DNA of 64,000 nucleotides from Candidatus Fervidifonticultor sextus (GCA_031459875.1 JAVKHQ010000011.1:17500-81499), one strand, 5' to 3'. Counted from the stretch's first letter, positions 1 through 9,477 are shown. Notes: a model not told the origin generated them from the sequence alone. Made by a program: numbers and translations.

Positions 1-690
1 CCCTCGTTTTCGGGCCAGGGCCTGTTTGCCCTGGGCCTGCTGGCGCTCCTGGTGGCAGGCCAGATCCCGCTCGGCTACGCGCTGCGCGGACTGCGGCCCA
101 TCGTCATCCTGGTGGGACTGACGGTCGTCCTCAACATCTTCTTCGCCGGGGGTGGGCCGGACGGCGGCCGGGTGTTGTTCCACCTCGGGCCGCTGGTGGC
201 GACGGAGAGGGGCCTGCTCACCGGCCTGTTCCTCGGCGTGCGGCTGGTCCTCCTGGTGGCCGTCACGTCGCTGCTCACGCTGACGACGTCGCCGATCGAA
301 TTCACCGACGGCCTGGAGCGACTGCTGCGGCCGCTGAGGCGGATCGGCGTCCCGGCCCACGAACTGGCCATGATGATGACCATCGCGCTGCGGTTCGTCC
401 CGACGCTGCTGGACGAGACCGAGAAGATCATGAAGGCCCAGATGGCGCGCGGCGCCGACTTCGGCCGCGGCCACGTGCTCCAGCGGGCGCGGGCGTTCGT
501 CCCGGTGCTGGTGCCGCTGCTGGTCAGTGCCTTCCGGCGCTCGGAGGACCTGGCGCTGGCCATGGAGGCCCGGTGCTACCAGGGCGGGGAGGGCCGCACG
601 CGGATGAACGAACTGCGCTGGCGCGCCGCCGACGCCGCCGCGGCCATCGTGGTAGCTGCCGCCTCGCTCGCCCTGCTCCGCGTGCGGTAG
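1..690 (+). CDS. ecfT: ECF transporter transmembrane component T (5' end outside window)
   Basis: Hydrophobic protein with 'IALRFVPTL', 'AQMARG' and 'AMEARCY' motifs; upstream of truA as is typical. Confidence 0.92.
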   Translation, partial: PSFSGQGLFALGLLALLVAGQIPLGYALRGLRPIVILVGLTVVLNIFFAGGGPDGGRVLFHLGPLVATERGLLTGLFLGVRLVLLVAVTSLLTLTTSPIEFTDGLERLLRPLRRIGVPAHELAMMMTIALRFVPTLLDETEKIMKAQMARGADFGRGHVLQRARAFVPVLVPLLVSAFRRSEDLALAMEARCYQGGEGRTRMNELRWRAADAAAAIVVAAASLALLRVR

Positions 691-696
691 CGATCC

Positions 697-1473
697 ATGC
701 GCCGCGTGGCCCTCGTCCTGGAGTACGAGGGGACCTCGTACGCCGGGTGGCAGCGGCAGCCGCAGGCCCCCACGGTCCAGGCCGCGGTCGAGGACGCCCT
801 GGCGCGCCTCGTGCAGGCGCCGTGCCGGGTCGTCGGCTCCGGCCGGACCGACGCCGGCGTGCACGCGCTCGGCCAGGTGGCCCACGCTGACCTCGACACC
901 GGGTTGTCGGTCCGCCAGATCCGCGACGGGCTGAACGCGCTGCTCCCCCCGGATGTCGCCGTCCGCGCGGTCTGCGACGTCGCGTCGGACTTCCATGCCC
1001 GCCGCGATGCGCGGGGGCGCGTCTACCGGTACCTGATCCTGGCCCGGCCGCACCCTTCGGCCCTGCTGCGCCGCTACGCGCATCACGTGCCCGACCCGCT
1101 GAATCTGTCGGCGATGGCCTCCGCGGCCGCGGCGCTGCTCGGCCGGCACGACTTCGCCGCCTTCCGCATCACCGGGACGCCGACGGCAACCACGATCTGC
1201 CACGTGCGGGCACTGCGGATCACCTCACGCGGCCCGCTGCTGGTCGTCACGGTGGCCGCCGACCGGTTCCTCCGCCAGATGGTCAGGCGGATGGTCGGGT
1301 CCCTGCTGCTGGTGGGACGCGGCCGCCTGCCGGCAGACGCGATCGCGCCGATCCTGGCGTCGAGGGATCCTCAGCGGGCCGGTCCGGCTGCGCCCGCCTG
1401 CGGCCTGTACCTGGTGCGCGTCGTCTATCCACCGGATCGCCTCCGGGTCGTCCCCGAAGACCCTGTGCTATAA
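697..1473 (+). CDS. truA: tRNA pseudouridine(38-40) synthase
   Basis: 'YEGTSYAGWQRQ', 'GRTDAGVHA', 'FLRQMVR' motifs. Confidence 0.97.
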   Translation: MRRVALVLEYEGTSYAGWQRQPQAPTVQAAVEDALARLVQAPCRVVGSGRTDAGVHALGQVAHADLDTGLSVRQIRDGLNALLPPDVAVRAVCDVASDFHARRDARGRVYRYLILARPHPSALLRRYAHHVPDPLNLSAMASAAAALLGRHDFAAFRITGTPTATTICHVRALRITSRGPLLVVTVAADRFLRQMVRRMVGSLLLVGRGRLPADAIAPILASRDPQRAGPAAPACGLYLVRVVYPPDRLRVVPEDPVL

Positions 1474-1474
1474 T
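1464..1474 (+). promoter_or_regulatory. Extended -10 promoter element (TGTGCTATAAT) for the tRNA-ireB-murA unit
   Basis: TGnTATAAT overlapping the truA stop codon, 8 nt before the tRNA 5' end. Confidence 0.8.
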
Positions 1475-1482
1475 CGTCGCGC

Positions 1483-1558
1483 GGGCCCGTAGCTCAAGTG
1501 GTAGAGCAGCGCCCTCATAAGGCGCCGGTTCCTGGATCGAAGCCAGGCGGGCCCACCA
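1483..1558 (+). tRNA. tRNA with CAT anticodon, most likely tRNA-Ile2 (lysidine type)
   Basis: Cloverleaf with GGGCCCG/CGGGCCC acceptor stem, anticodon arm GCGCC-CTCATAA-GGCGC and encoded CCA. It has C4:G69 and C5:G68 (TilS determinants) and lacks the initiator C1:A72 mismatch and GGG/CCC anticodon stem. Confidence 0.9.
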
Positions 1559-1599
1559 GCGGTCTGCCTGGCTGGCAAAGTGTGGGGCTGGAGGTGAGG

Positions 1600-1875
1600 G
1601 TGGTGGACGACCGAGAGCGGACCGGCGTCTTCGAGTTCGGCGAGGTGACCGCCCGGGGCGTGCAGGACATCTTGAGCTACGTGTACCGGCGGTTGGAAGA
1701 GCGGGGTTACAACCCCGTGGATCAGATCGTCGGGTATCTCCTGTCCGGAGATCCCACGTACATCACCAGCCACGGTGATGCGCGCAAGGTCATCCGTCAG
1801 GTGGACCGGTTGGCGCTGATGGAAGAACTGGTCCAGGCCTACGTGGAGACCCGGCTGCGCGCCACCACGCCGTAG
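1600..1875 (+). CDS. ireB: IreB/ReoM family regulatory phosphoprotein (UPF0297)
   Basis: 'LEERGYNPVDQIVGYLLSGDPTYIT' signature; GGAGGTG RBS before GTG at 1600 or 1603. The ORF-track start at 1498 lies inside the tRNA. Confidence 0.92.
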   Translation: MVDDRERTGVFEFGEVTARGVQDILSYVYRRLEERGYNPVDQIVGYLLSGDPTYITSHGDARKVIRQVDRLALMEELVQAYVETRLRATTP

Positions 1876-1909
1876 CAGCAGACGTCGCAGGCCGGTCAGG
1901 AGGGCTGCG

Positions 1910-3184
1910 GTGAGCAGGCTCATCATCACAGGCGGCCGCCGCCTGCGCGGGGCGGTCCGGGTCGCCGGAGGGAAGAACAGCTCGCTCGCCGTGATCGCCG
2001 CCGCCGCCCTGGCCGCCGATATTTCCGTCCTCGAGAACGTACCCGACTGCCGGGATGTCGCCACGTTGGTCGCGATCCTCGAAGCCCTCGGCGCCCGCAT
2101 CACCCGGACGGCGGGCCGCCTGACCATCGACGCCCGGACGCTGGTCGGCCACGTGGCGCCCTACGACCTGTGCCGGACCATGCGGGCTTCCTTCTACGCT
2201 GCGGGGGTCCTGCTGGGCCGCATGGGGAAGGCGCAGGTTCCGCTCCCGGGGGGGTGCTCGATCGGCGCGCGGCCGGTGGACTTCCACCTCCGCGGGTTTT
2301 CCACGCTGGGGGCGAAGGTGGTCACCGAGCACGGCTACATGAAGGCCTCCGCGCGGCGGCTGCGGGGCGCGCCGTTCTACGTGCCGCGGAGCAGCGTCGG
2401 GACCACCATCAACCTCATGATGGCGGCCAGCACAGCCCGCGGCACCACGGTCCTGCAGAACGCCGCCCGCGAGCCCGAGGTGGTGGACTGCGCGGTCTTT
2501 CTCAACCTCATGGGCGCCAGGATCCGGGGAGCCGGCACCGATACCATCACCATCGAAGGCGTGCGCGCCCTCCACGGCCACACCTATACCATCATCCCCG
2601 ACCGGCTGGAAGCGGGGACCTACCTGCTGGCCGGTGCGGCTACCGGCGGCGACGTCCTGGTCGAGGGCATGATCCCCGAACACCTCACGGCGCTGCTGAC
2701 CAAGCTCGCGGAAGCCGGCGTGGAGGTTGTCCGCGACACCGACGGCGTCCGGGTGCGGGGCGGAGGCGAGCTCCGGGCCGTGGACATCGACACTGCCCCG
2801 TATCCCGGTTTCTCGACCGACCTGCACCCCCAGATGGCTGCCCTCCTCACCACGGCGCGCGGGGTCTCCAAGATCCGCGAGACGATCTTCGAAGCCCGGT
2901 TCGCCTACACCGATGAACTCCGGCGCATGGGCGCCGACATCACGGTGGACGGCGATACCGTCCATGTCACCGGTGTCCCGCGCCTGACCGGGGCGCCGGT
3001 GGAAGCGCCGGACATCCGCGGCGGCGCGGCGGTGGTGATCGCGGCCCTGGCAGCCGAAGGCAACACCGAGATCTCCAATCTGGAGAACATCGACCGGGGG
3101 TACGAGGGGCTGGAGCGCAAGCTGGCGCTGCTGGGCGCCCGTCTGGTCCGGGACGGGGCCGCCGGGGCCCGCGACGTCGGCTAG
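1910..3184 (+). CDS. murA: UDP-N-acetylglucosamine 1-carboxyvinyltransferase
   Basis: 'GGKNS', 'MRAS', '[15 protein letters not shown]' (catalytic Cys), 'NAAREPE', 'IDRGYE'. Confidence 0.97.
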   Translation: MSRLIITGGRRLRGAVRVAGGKNSSLAVIAAAALAADISVLENVPDCRDVATLVAILEALGARITRTAGRLTIDARTLVGHVAPYDLCRTMRASFYAAGVLLGRMGKAQVPLPGGCSIGARPVDFHLRGFSTLGAKVVTEHGYMKASARRLRGAPFYVPRSSVGTTINLMMAASTARGTTVLQNAAREPEVVDCAVFLNLMGARIRGAGTDTITIEGVRALHGHTYTIIPDRLEAGTYLLAGAATGGDVLVEGMIPEHLTALLTKLAEAGVEVVRDTDGVRVRGGGELRAVDIDTAPYPGFSTDLHPQMAALLTTARGVSKIRETIFEARFAYTDELRRMGADITVDGDTVHVTGVPRLTGAPVEAPDIRGGAAVVIAALAAEGNTEISNLENIDRGYEGLERKLALLGARLVRDGAAGARDVG

Positions 3185-5092
3185 TCAGTCCCCGGGCGAC
3201 TCCATGGCGTCTGCCGGACCGCGACCTCCCAATCCGTCCGGCGAGAGGCCGCCGCTGCGCCAGATGGTGAGCTGGATCTCCAGTGGCGACATGGTCTCGA
3301 TCAGCCGGAGCAGCGCGTCCACCACGGCGGGGTCCAGGGCACTCCCTGCCATCCGCTTGAGCTCGACCTTGGCCTCCTCGAGGGTCTTGCGCGGGCGGTA
3401 GGCGCGGTCGGACAGCATAGCCTCGAAGGCATCCGCCACCCGGATGATGCGCGACCCCAGCGGGATCTCGTGACCGGCCAGGCCGTCGGGATACCCGCTC
3501 CCGTCGAAGGATTCCTGGTGGTACAGGATGAGATCGACCAGGTGGGAGAAGGGCCTGGCGTCCTGCAGCATCGCTGCGCCCCGCTCGGGGTGCTTCCTGA
3601 CGACATGCCACTCCTCGCGCGAGAGCGGCCCGGGTTTCTTGAGGATGGACTCCGGCACGGCCAGTTTGCCCAAATCGTGGAGGAGGGCGGCCAGTTTGAT
3701 CCGCTCGATCTCGTGCGCCGGGAGGTTGAGTTCCGTCGCGATGGCGACCGCGGTGCCAGCCACCCGCTGGCAGTGGGCCACGGTCTCGGGGTCCTTGGCC
3801 TCGAGGGCCGCGGTGAGGACCTTCACGCTGCTGTGGAGGAGGGTCCGGAGTTCCTCCTGGAGCTGCGCGTCTTTCCCCCATGCCTCCCAGCTATCGACCA
3901 TGGTGCGCGCGGGCGGCGGTCGGAAGACATCGACCCCCGGGGGAGGTGCGCCGGTCCAGGGGCCGATGAGCGCAGGCCCTTCGGTCGGCTCCGCATCGGG
4001 GAGGGCCTGCACGGGCTCCGGCATGGGGTCCCGGAAGACCACCCGGTTCTTCCCCTGCTTCTTGGCTTCCAGGAGGGCCGCGTCGGCGTGTTCGAGCAGG
4101 AGGTGCGCCGAGAGGCGCCCGTGCTCCTTGAACCGATAGGTGGAGGCCCCCAGGCTGACCGAGATCCGGAAGGAGCCTTCAGCGGTGGGGATCTCGGTCT
4201 CCTCGATGGTCCGCCGCAGCCACTCGGCCCGCTCCAGCAGCGCCTGGCGGTCTGAGCCCGGCAGCAGCCACACGAACTCCTCGCCCCCGTAACGGCAGAC
4301 GGCCTCGTCCCCGCGGCGGCCGTCGACCAGCACCTTGGCGATCTGGCGCAACACGTCGTCGCCGACCTGGTGACCGTAGCGGTCATTGATGGTCTTGAAC
4401 CAGTCGATGTCCAGGATGAGGCACGAGAGGGGCTGGTAACTGCGCATCGCGCGTTCCATCTCCAGGTGCAGGCGGTCGATGAAGGCGCGGCGGTTGAGGA
4501 GGCTGGTCAGCGGGTCGCTGGCCGCCAGTTCTTCGAGGAAGGCGACCCGGCGACGCAGCAGGTCCTCACGGGTCTTCACCCTCAGGACGGCCCGAATCCG
4601 GGCGGTCAACTCCGGGACGCCGACCGGGTTCCTGACGAAACAGTCGGCGGCGCCTTCTTCCAGGATGCGTACCCGGGCGTGCACGTCGTCCGTGGCGCTC
4701 AAGACGATGACCGGAATCGAATGCGTCGCCGAGTCCTTCTTGAGGGCGCGGAGGGCCCTAAGGCCGTGGAGGTCGGGCACGGACTGGTCCAGCAGGATGA
4801 GGTCGGGCGCCAGCGCCCGGGCGTGCTCCATCAGCCCACGCCCGGAATCCAGGGTGTGCACCTGGGCACCCAGCGCCTCGAGGCGGCGCTGGAGGCCCCA
4901 CCCGCTGTGCTCGGCCGCCACCATCAGGATCCGCGCCGGGCGCGAGCCCGCCTCAAGCTTGGTCGGCGAGGCAAACGCCAGCCCCCGAGGTGGCGGCCCA
5001 TCCTCGTTGGTCAAGTACGGGCTCCTGACCGCTCGCATCCTCCACTCGACGCGCCGGTTCCTGCGGGAAGACTCACCGGGATTCTTCCCCAC
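3185..5092 (-). CDS. REC-GGDEF-HD-GYP hybrid c-di-GMP turnover protein (start uncertain, possibly 5038)
   Basis: Receiver-like N-terminus ('ILLDQSVP'), 'DPLTSLLNRR...DIDWFKTINDRYGH...RYGGEEF', then 'HDLGK...GSGYPDGL'. Confidence 0.92.
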   Translation of the reverse strand: MGKNPGESSRRNRRVEWRMRAVRSPYLTNEDGPPPRGLAFASPTKLEAGSRPARILMVAAEHSGWGLQRRLEALGAQVHTLDSGRGLMEHARALAPDLILLDQSVPDLHGLRALRALKKDSATHSIPVIVLSATDDVHARVRILEEGAADCFVRNPVGVPELTARIRAVLRVKTREDLLRRRVAFLEELAASDPLTSLLNRRAFIDRLHLEMERAMRSYQPLSCLILDIDWFKTINDRYGHQVGDDVLRQIAKVLVDGRRGDEAVCRYGGEEFVWLLPGSDRQALLERAEWLRRTIEETEIPTAEGSFRISVSLGASTYRFKEHGRLSAHLLLEHADAALLEAKKQGKNRVVFRDPMPEPVQALPDAEPTEGPALIGPWTGAPPPGVDVFRPPPARTMVDSWEAWGKDAQLQEELRTLLHSSVKVLTAALEAKDPETVAHCQRVAGTAVAIATELNLPAHEIERIKLAALLHDLGKLAVPESILKKPGPLSREEWHVVRKHPERGAAMLQDARPFSHLVDLILYHQESFDGSGYPDGLAGHEIPLGSRIIRVADAFEAMLSDRAYRPRKTLEEAKVELKRMAGSALDPAVVDALLRLIETMSPLEIQLTIWRSGGLSPDGLGGRGPADAMESPGD

Positions 5093-5185
5093 GCGTCGAG
5101 GGATTAGTCCGCCCGCCGGCGCGGCGTGCTGATCCGGCAGGCAGCCGGGAGGATCGCGGGGGCCCCTGGGAGGAGGCCTATGGCC

Positions 5186-7612
5186 CTACGCGCCGTAGGG
5201 CACCCAGATGTTTTTGACCTGGACGGCGTGGCGGAGGACCTCCTCGCCGTCCAGCCACGGCCCCGTCCAGTCGAGGCGGCGGCCGTAGCTCACCCAGGTC
5301 CGCTTCATGTTCGTCGCCGACTCGAACTCTACCATCTGGCTGCCCTCGGCGGACCCGAAGTACCACAGGGCGTCCACGTCGTCGTGCTGGGCCAGTACCT
5401 TCGCCAGGTCGTCACGGCCCCCCGTCACGATGTTCACCACGCCGCCGGGAAGATCGGAGGTGTCGAACACCTGATAGAGGTCGGTGGCCGCCAGGGGGTG
5501 CGCCTCCGAGGGGACCACGACGACCGTGTTGCCCATCGCCACCGCCGGGGCGACCAGGGAGACGAACCCGAGCAGAGGGTACTCGTCGGGACAGGCGATG
5601 CCGATCACGCCAACCGGTTCGTGGATCGCGATGGTCAGGTCCCGATGCGCGACGTTAACGCTGTGGACGAGGCCGTCGTACTTGTCCGCCCAGGCCGCGT
5701 GAGTGAACAGGCGGCCGATCGCGCCCCGGACCTCCTGACCGGCGTCATCGACCGAGCGGCCGGTCATCGTGGCGATCCGCCGGGCGAATTCCGCCGATCG
5801 CGTCTCCAGGTTCTCGGCGATGTAGTACAGGACCTGGGCGCGCGTGTGGGCGGTCGCCTGCGCCCACGCGGCGGCGGCATGCGCGGCCTCGACGGCGTTG
5901 CGGATGTCCTTGCGGGCGCCTTCGGCCACCTCGCCCAGCAGCCGCCCGTCAGGATCGTAGACCAGGCGGGCGTAGCCCTGGTCGGGACGCACCTGCTGGC
6001 CGCCGATGTACAGCTTGGGCGAGCGGTCGATGGACTGGCGCTCATCGGCGGCGGATGCGCGGTGGAGGCCGGCGTAATCGGGCACGGAGAACACGCGGGC
6101 CGCCCCGGCCTCGGGCCGCCCCGGGGCCGCGTCCGGTAACACCGGCTCGACGAGCGGCTTCAGGTACTCGACCATGCCCTCCCGGCCGCCCTCGCGGCCG
6201 AACCCACTCTCCCGGTACCCGCCGAAGCCCGACGCCCCGTCGAACAGGTTCGTGCAGTTGACCCAGACCGTGCCGGCCTTGACCTGCCGCGCCACATCCA
6301 GCGCCAGGTTGATGTCCTCGCTCCAGACGCTGGCGGCCAGTCCGTAGCGCGTGTTGTTGGCCAGCGCGACGGCCTCGGCCGGCGTGCGGAAGGTCATGCT
6401 GACCAGCACCGGTCCGAAGATCTCCTCCTGGGCGATGACCGACGAGGGTGCCACATCCGTGAAGAGGGTGGGGGGAAAGAAGAAGCCGTCCTGGGGGCAG
6501 GCCCACGAGGGCTGCCACATCTTCGCACCTTCCTGAATTCCGACCTCGCACAGCCGCCGGATCCTCTGGAGTTGGACCGGCGCGATGATGGCGCCGATGT
6601 CGATCGCCTTGTCCAACGGGTCCCCCACCCGCAGCGTCTCCATGCGCGCCCGCACCTTGGCGATGAGGCGGTCGGCGATGCTCTCCTGGACCAGCAGGCG
6701 CGAGCCGGCGCAGCAGACCTGCCCCTGGTTGAACCAGATGGCGTCGACGACCCCTTCGACCACGCTGTCCAGGTCCGCGTCGTCGAACACGATGAAGGGG
6801 GACTTGCCCCCCAACTCCAGCGAGAGCCGCTTGCCCGTCCCGGCCGTCGCCCGGCGGATGATCCGGCCGACCTCGGTGGAGCCGGTAAAGGCGATCTTGG
6901 CGACCCCGGGGTGCCGGACGATCAACTCGCCCACCCTGCCGTCGCCCGTCACGATGTTCACCACGCCCGGCGGCAGGCCAATCTCCTGCAGGAGTTCGCA
7001 GAACGCCATGGCGGTCACCGAGGTGAACTCCGCGGGCTTGAGGACTACCGTGTTCCCTGCCGCCAGCGCGGGCGCGACCTTCCAGGCCAGCATCAGCAGC
7101 GGGAAGTTCCAGGGGATGATCTGGCCGACGACGCCCACCGGCCCGTAGCCGGGAAACGCCTGTTCTGCCAGCTGCGCCCAGCCGGCGTGGTGGTAGAAGT
7201 GCCTGGCCACCAGGGGGATGTCGATGTCGCGCGTCTCGCGGATGGGCTTGCCGTTGTCCAGCGACTCCAGGACCGCAAGCAGGCGCGAGTGCTTCTGCAC
7301 CTGGCGCGCGATCGCATACAGGTAGCGGGCCCGGACGTGGCCCGGCGTGCGGCGCCACGTCTCGAATGCCGCGGCGGCAGCCGCGACGGCCGCGTCCACG
7401 TCCTGGGGGGCGGCCTCCGCAATCTGAGCCAGGGGCCTGCCCGTGGCCGGGTTCAGCGTGTCGAAGAAGACGCCGTGCGCCGGCTCCACCCACCGGCCGT
7501 TGATGAAGAGCCGGAAGCGGCGGCCGTGGGCGTCAAGCCACGCCAGCGCCGGCCCCGCGGCCTCTGGCGCAGGACCATACTCCATCGTCTTGAGAATTTC
7601 GGCCACGCCCAT
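5186..7612 (-). CDS. Two-domain aldehyde dehydrogenase (ALDH16-like)
   Basis: 'IIPWNFP', 'FTGSTEVG', 'LELGGKSP', 'NQGQVCCAG', followed by a second truncated ALDH-like domain. Confidence 0.92.
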   Translation of the reverse strand: MGVAEILKTMEYGPAPEAAGPALAWLDAHGRRFRLFINGRWVEPAHGVFFDTLNPATGRPLAQIAEAAPQDVDAAVAAAAAAFETWRRTPGHVRARYLYAIARQVQKHSRLLAVLESLDNGKPIRETRDIDIPLVARHFYHHAGWAQLAEQAFPGYGPVGVVGQIIPWNFPLLMLAWKVAPALAAGNTVVLKPAEFTSVTAMAFCELLQEIGLPPGVVNIVTGDGRVGELIVRHPGVAKIAFTGSTEVGRIIRRATAGTGKRLSLELGGKSPFIVFDDADLDSVVEGVVDAIWFNQGQVCCAGSRLLVQESIADRLIAKVRARMETLRVGDPLDKAIDIGAIIAPVQLQRIRRLCEVGIQEGAKMWQPSWACPQDGFFFPPTLFTDVAPSSVIAQEEIFGPVLVSMTFRTPAEAVALANNTRYGLAASVWSEDINLALDVARQVKAGTVWVNCTNLFDGASGFGGYRESGFGREGGREGMVEYLKPLVEPVLPDAAPGRPEAGAARVFSVPDYAGLHRASAADERQSIDRSPKLYIGGQQVRPDQGYARLVYDPDGRLLGEVAEGARKDIRNAVEAAHAAAAWAQATAHTRAQVLYYIAENLETRSAEFARRIATMTGRSVDDAGQEVRGAIGRLFTHAAWADKYDGLVHSVNVAHRDLTIAIHEPVGVIGIACPDEYPLLGFVSLVAPAVAMGNTVVVVPSEAHPLAATDLYQVFDTSDLPGGVVNIVTGGRDDLAKVLAQHDDVDALWYFGSAEGSQMVEFESATNMKRTWVSYGRRLDWTGPWLDGEEVLRHAVQVKNIWVPYGA

Positions 7613-7636
7613 AGGTGCTCCCCGAAGGTCCGACGT

Positions 7637-8620
7637 CTACGGCATCGGCTGGTGATGGGCCGCCGCGTAGTGTCCGGTCAGCGTGTGCGACAACTGCCGC
7701 TCGATGTCGGTCAGCAGGGTACTGGCGCCGATGCGGAACCGCTCGGGCCGCAGCCAGTCTGCGCCCAGTTCTTCCTTGACGAGCAGCATCCAGTCCAGGG
7801 CCTGTTTGGCCGCCCGGATGCCGCCGGCCGGTTTCAGCCCGACCCGGTAGCCCGTGGCCTCGGCGTACTCGCGGATCGCCCGGGCCATCACCAGGCCGAA
7901 AGGCATCGTGGCGTTGACGGCCTCCTTCCCGGTGGAGGTCTTGATGAAATCCGCACCGGCCATCATGCAGACCCAACTCGCGGCCGCCACATGGCGCAGC
8001 GTGCCGAGTTCCCCGCAGGCCAGGATGGCCTTGAGGGATGCCTGGCCACAGGCCTCGCGGAAGGTGCGCACCTCATCGTAGAGGGCCATCCAGTCGCCGG
8101 TGAGCACGTGCGCGCGGGAGATCACGATGTCGATCTCTGCAGCCCCGGCCGCCACCGACTCCCTGATCTCCTCGACCTTGAGACGGAACGGCGTCTGACC
8201 CGCTGGAAAGCCCGCGGAGACCGCGGCCACGGGAATGCCCGACCCACGCAGGGCGTCGACGGCGGATGGCACCATGGCGTGGTAGACGCAGAGGGCCGCG
8301 ACTCGCACCTGGCCCGGATCGAGCCCGTAGCCCCGGAGGACTTCGGGCCGCACCGGCTGCCGGGCTTTGGCCGCGAGCCGGCGCACCGTGCCCGGCGTGT
8401 CGTCGCCGGCCAGCGTCGTCAGGTCGAGACACTGGACCGCGCGGATCAGCCAGGCCGCCTGCCACTCCCGCTTGACCGTGCGCCGGGTGGGAAGGGTCGC
8501 CGCCCGGCGCTCGACGGCGCTGCGGTTAACGCGGAGGTCGCGGATCCGGCCGGGATCGAAGGGGATCCCTGGGTTGCGGACGTCCACCCTCGGCTCAATT
8601 CGGGGCGTCAGGATGGCCAT
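7637..8620 (-). CDS. deoC: Deoxyribose-phosphate aldolase (long type with N-terminal extension)
   Basis: 'CLDLTTL', 'GAAEIDIVI', 'ADFIKTSTGK', 'KPAGGIR', 'RIGAS'; ATG at 8620 chosen because a -10 box lies just upstream. Confidence 0.95.
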   Translation of the reverse strand: MAILTPRIEPRVDVRNPGIPFDPGRIRDLRVNRSAVERRAATLPTRRTVKREWQAAWLIRAVQCLDLTTLAGDDTPGTVRRLAAKARQPVRPEVLRGYGLDPGQVRVAALCVYHAMVPSAVDALRGSGIPVAAVSAGFPAGQTPFRLKVEEIRESVAAGAAEIDIVISRAHVLTGDWMALYDEVRTFREACGQASLKAILACGELGTLRHVAAASWVCMMAGADFIKTSTGKEAVNATMPFGLVMARAIREYAEATGYRVGLKPAGGIRAAKQALDWMLLVKEELGADWLRPERFRIGASTLLTDIERQLSHTLTGHYAAAHHQPMP

Positions 8621-8626
8621 ACACGC

Positions 8627-8632
8627 ATAGTA
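8627..8632 (-). promoter_or_regulatory. -10 box (TACTAT) of a probably leaderless deoC transcript
   Basis: Minus strand reads TACTAT-gcgtgt-ATG with no Shine-Dalgarno sequence. Confidence 0.6.
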
Positions 8633-8789
8633 TCGCGGGGAATCCGCCGCCCCGCAACTGGCCCGGCAGGGGTCCAGCAGGGATTGGCAGGCCAGGCGTC
8701 GAGGGGCTTCCTCCCACGACGCCATCAGGCCCCGGCGAGCGTCTCCTTCCGCAGGCGAGGCCTCCGCCCCGGAGTGCCCTCAGATGCTC

Positions 8790-9206
8790 CTACACGCCGC
8801 GCACGGTGAGACCGCGCGACACCGCCGCGGTGGCCTGACGGTCGTCGTGGGTCCAGAACTCCAGCGGTTCCCCGGGCGCCTCCGCAGCGAGCATCTCCGC
8901 GGTCGCGACATGGATCGCGTCCATCGCGCGGGCGATCACCGCGAACGAGCTCTTCGCCCCTGCGATGACGCGTTCGTCGACCAGCGCGAGATCCATCATG
9001 GAGAGCAGATCGATCAACTCCTTACGCTTGACCGCCGTTTCCACATCGTCGAGGCGGCCCATCAACCGCTCGCGGTCCACCGCTCGAAAGGTTTCCACTT
9101 CCACGACTTGGGAGGAGACAATCCGGTCGCCGGCATCGAGCGGGACGGTGGGTCCCGGCTCAAAGAAGAGCACACGCAGGACGGCGCTAGCGTCGACGTA
9201 CTTCAC
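8790..9206 (-). CDS. vapC: PIN-domain (VapC-type) toxin
   Basis: 'KYVDASAVLR...E...AMDAIHVATA...FWTHD' PIN acidic residues; GTG start overlaps the antitoxin 3' end. Confidence 0.88.
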   Translation of the reverse strand: MKYVDASAVLRVLFFEPGPTVPLDAGDRIVSSQVVEVETFRAVDRERLMGRLDDVETAVKRKELIDLLSMMDLALVDERVIAGAKSSFAVIARAMDAIHVATAEMLAAEAPGEPLEFWTHDDRQATAAVSRGLTVRGV

Positions 9207-9477
9207 TGGGATCCTCGCGGACCGCATCGAGCGATGCCTGGATGTCCACGCGCCGGCCGAGCCTGGAGATCTTGAGGGCGCTCCAGTTCTGGGTTCCCGG
9301 CCGAAGCCGCCCCGCCCGTGCCAGACGTTCGTGCCACGACAGCACGGCGTCCGGCGGCGGGCCAATCTCTGCGACTGGCTCGTCCCTGTCCCTCACGATG
9401 ATCCGGGATCCACGCGAAGCCATGCGGAGATACTTGCTGAGACGAGCTTTGAGTTCGCTCACGTTGACGTCCTTCAT
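9187..9477 (-). CDS. Phd/YefM family antitoxin
   Basis: 'MKDVNVSELKARLSKYLR...IIVRDRDEPVAEI' Phd signature, upstream of the PIN gene. Confidence 0.9.
   Translation of the reverse strand: MKDVNVSELKARLSKYLRMASRGSRIIVRDRDEPVAEIGPPPDAVLSWHERLARAGRLRPGTQNWSALKISRLGRRVDIQASLDAVREDPSEVRRR

Noticed and set aside
1498..1599. N-terminal extension of the IreB ORF in the ORF track
   Set aside because: It overlaps the tRNA; a strong RBS supports a start at 1600 or 1603
6572..8809. 745-aa plus-strand ORF, and similar long antisense ORFs such as 43303-45831, 37352-39307 and 56638-58512
   Set aside because: They mirror well-supported genes on the opposite strand and are explained by the scarcity of stop codons at high GC3
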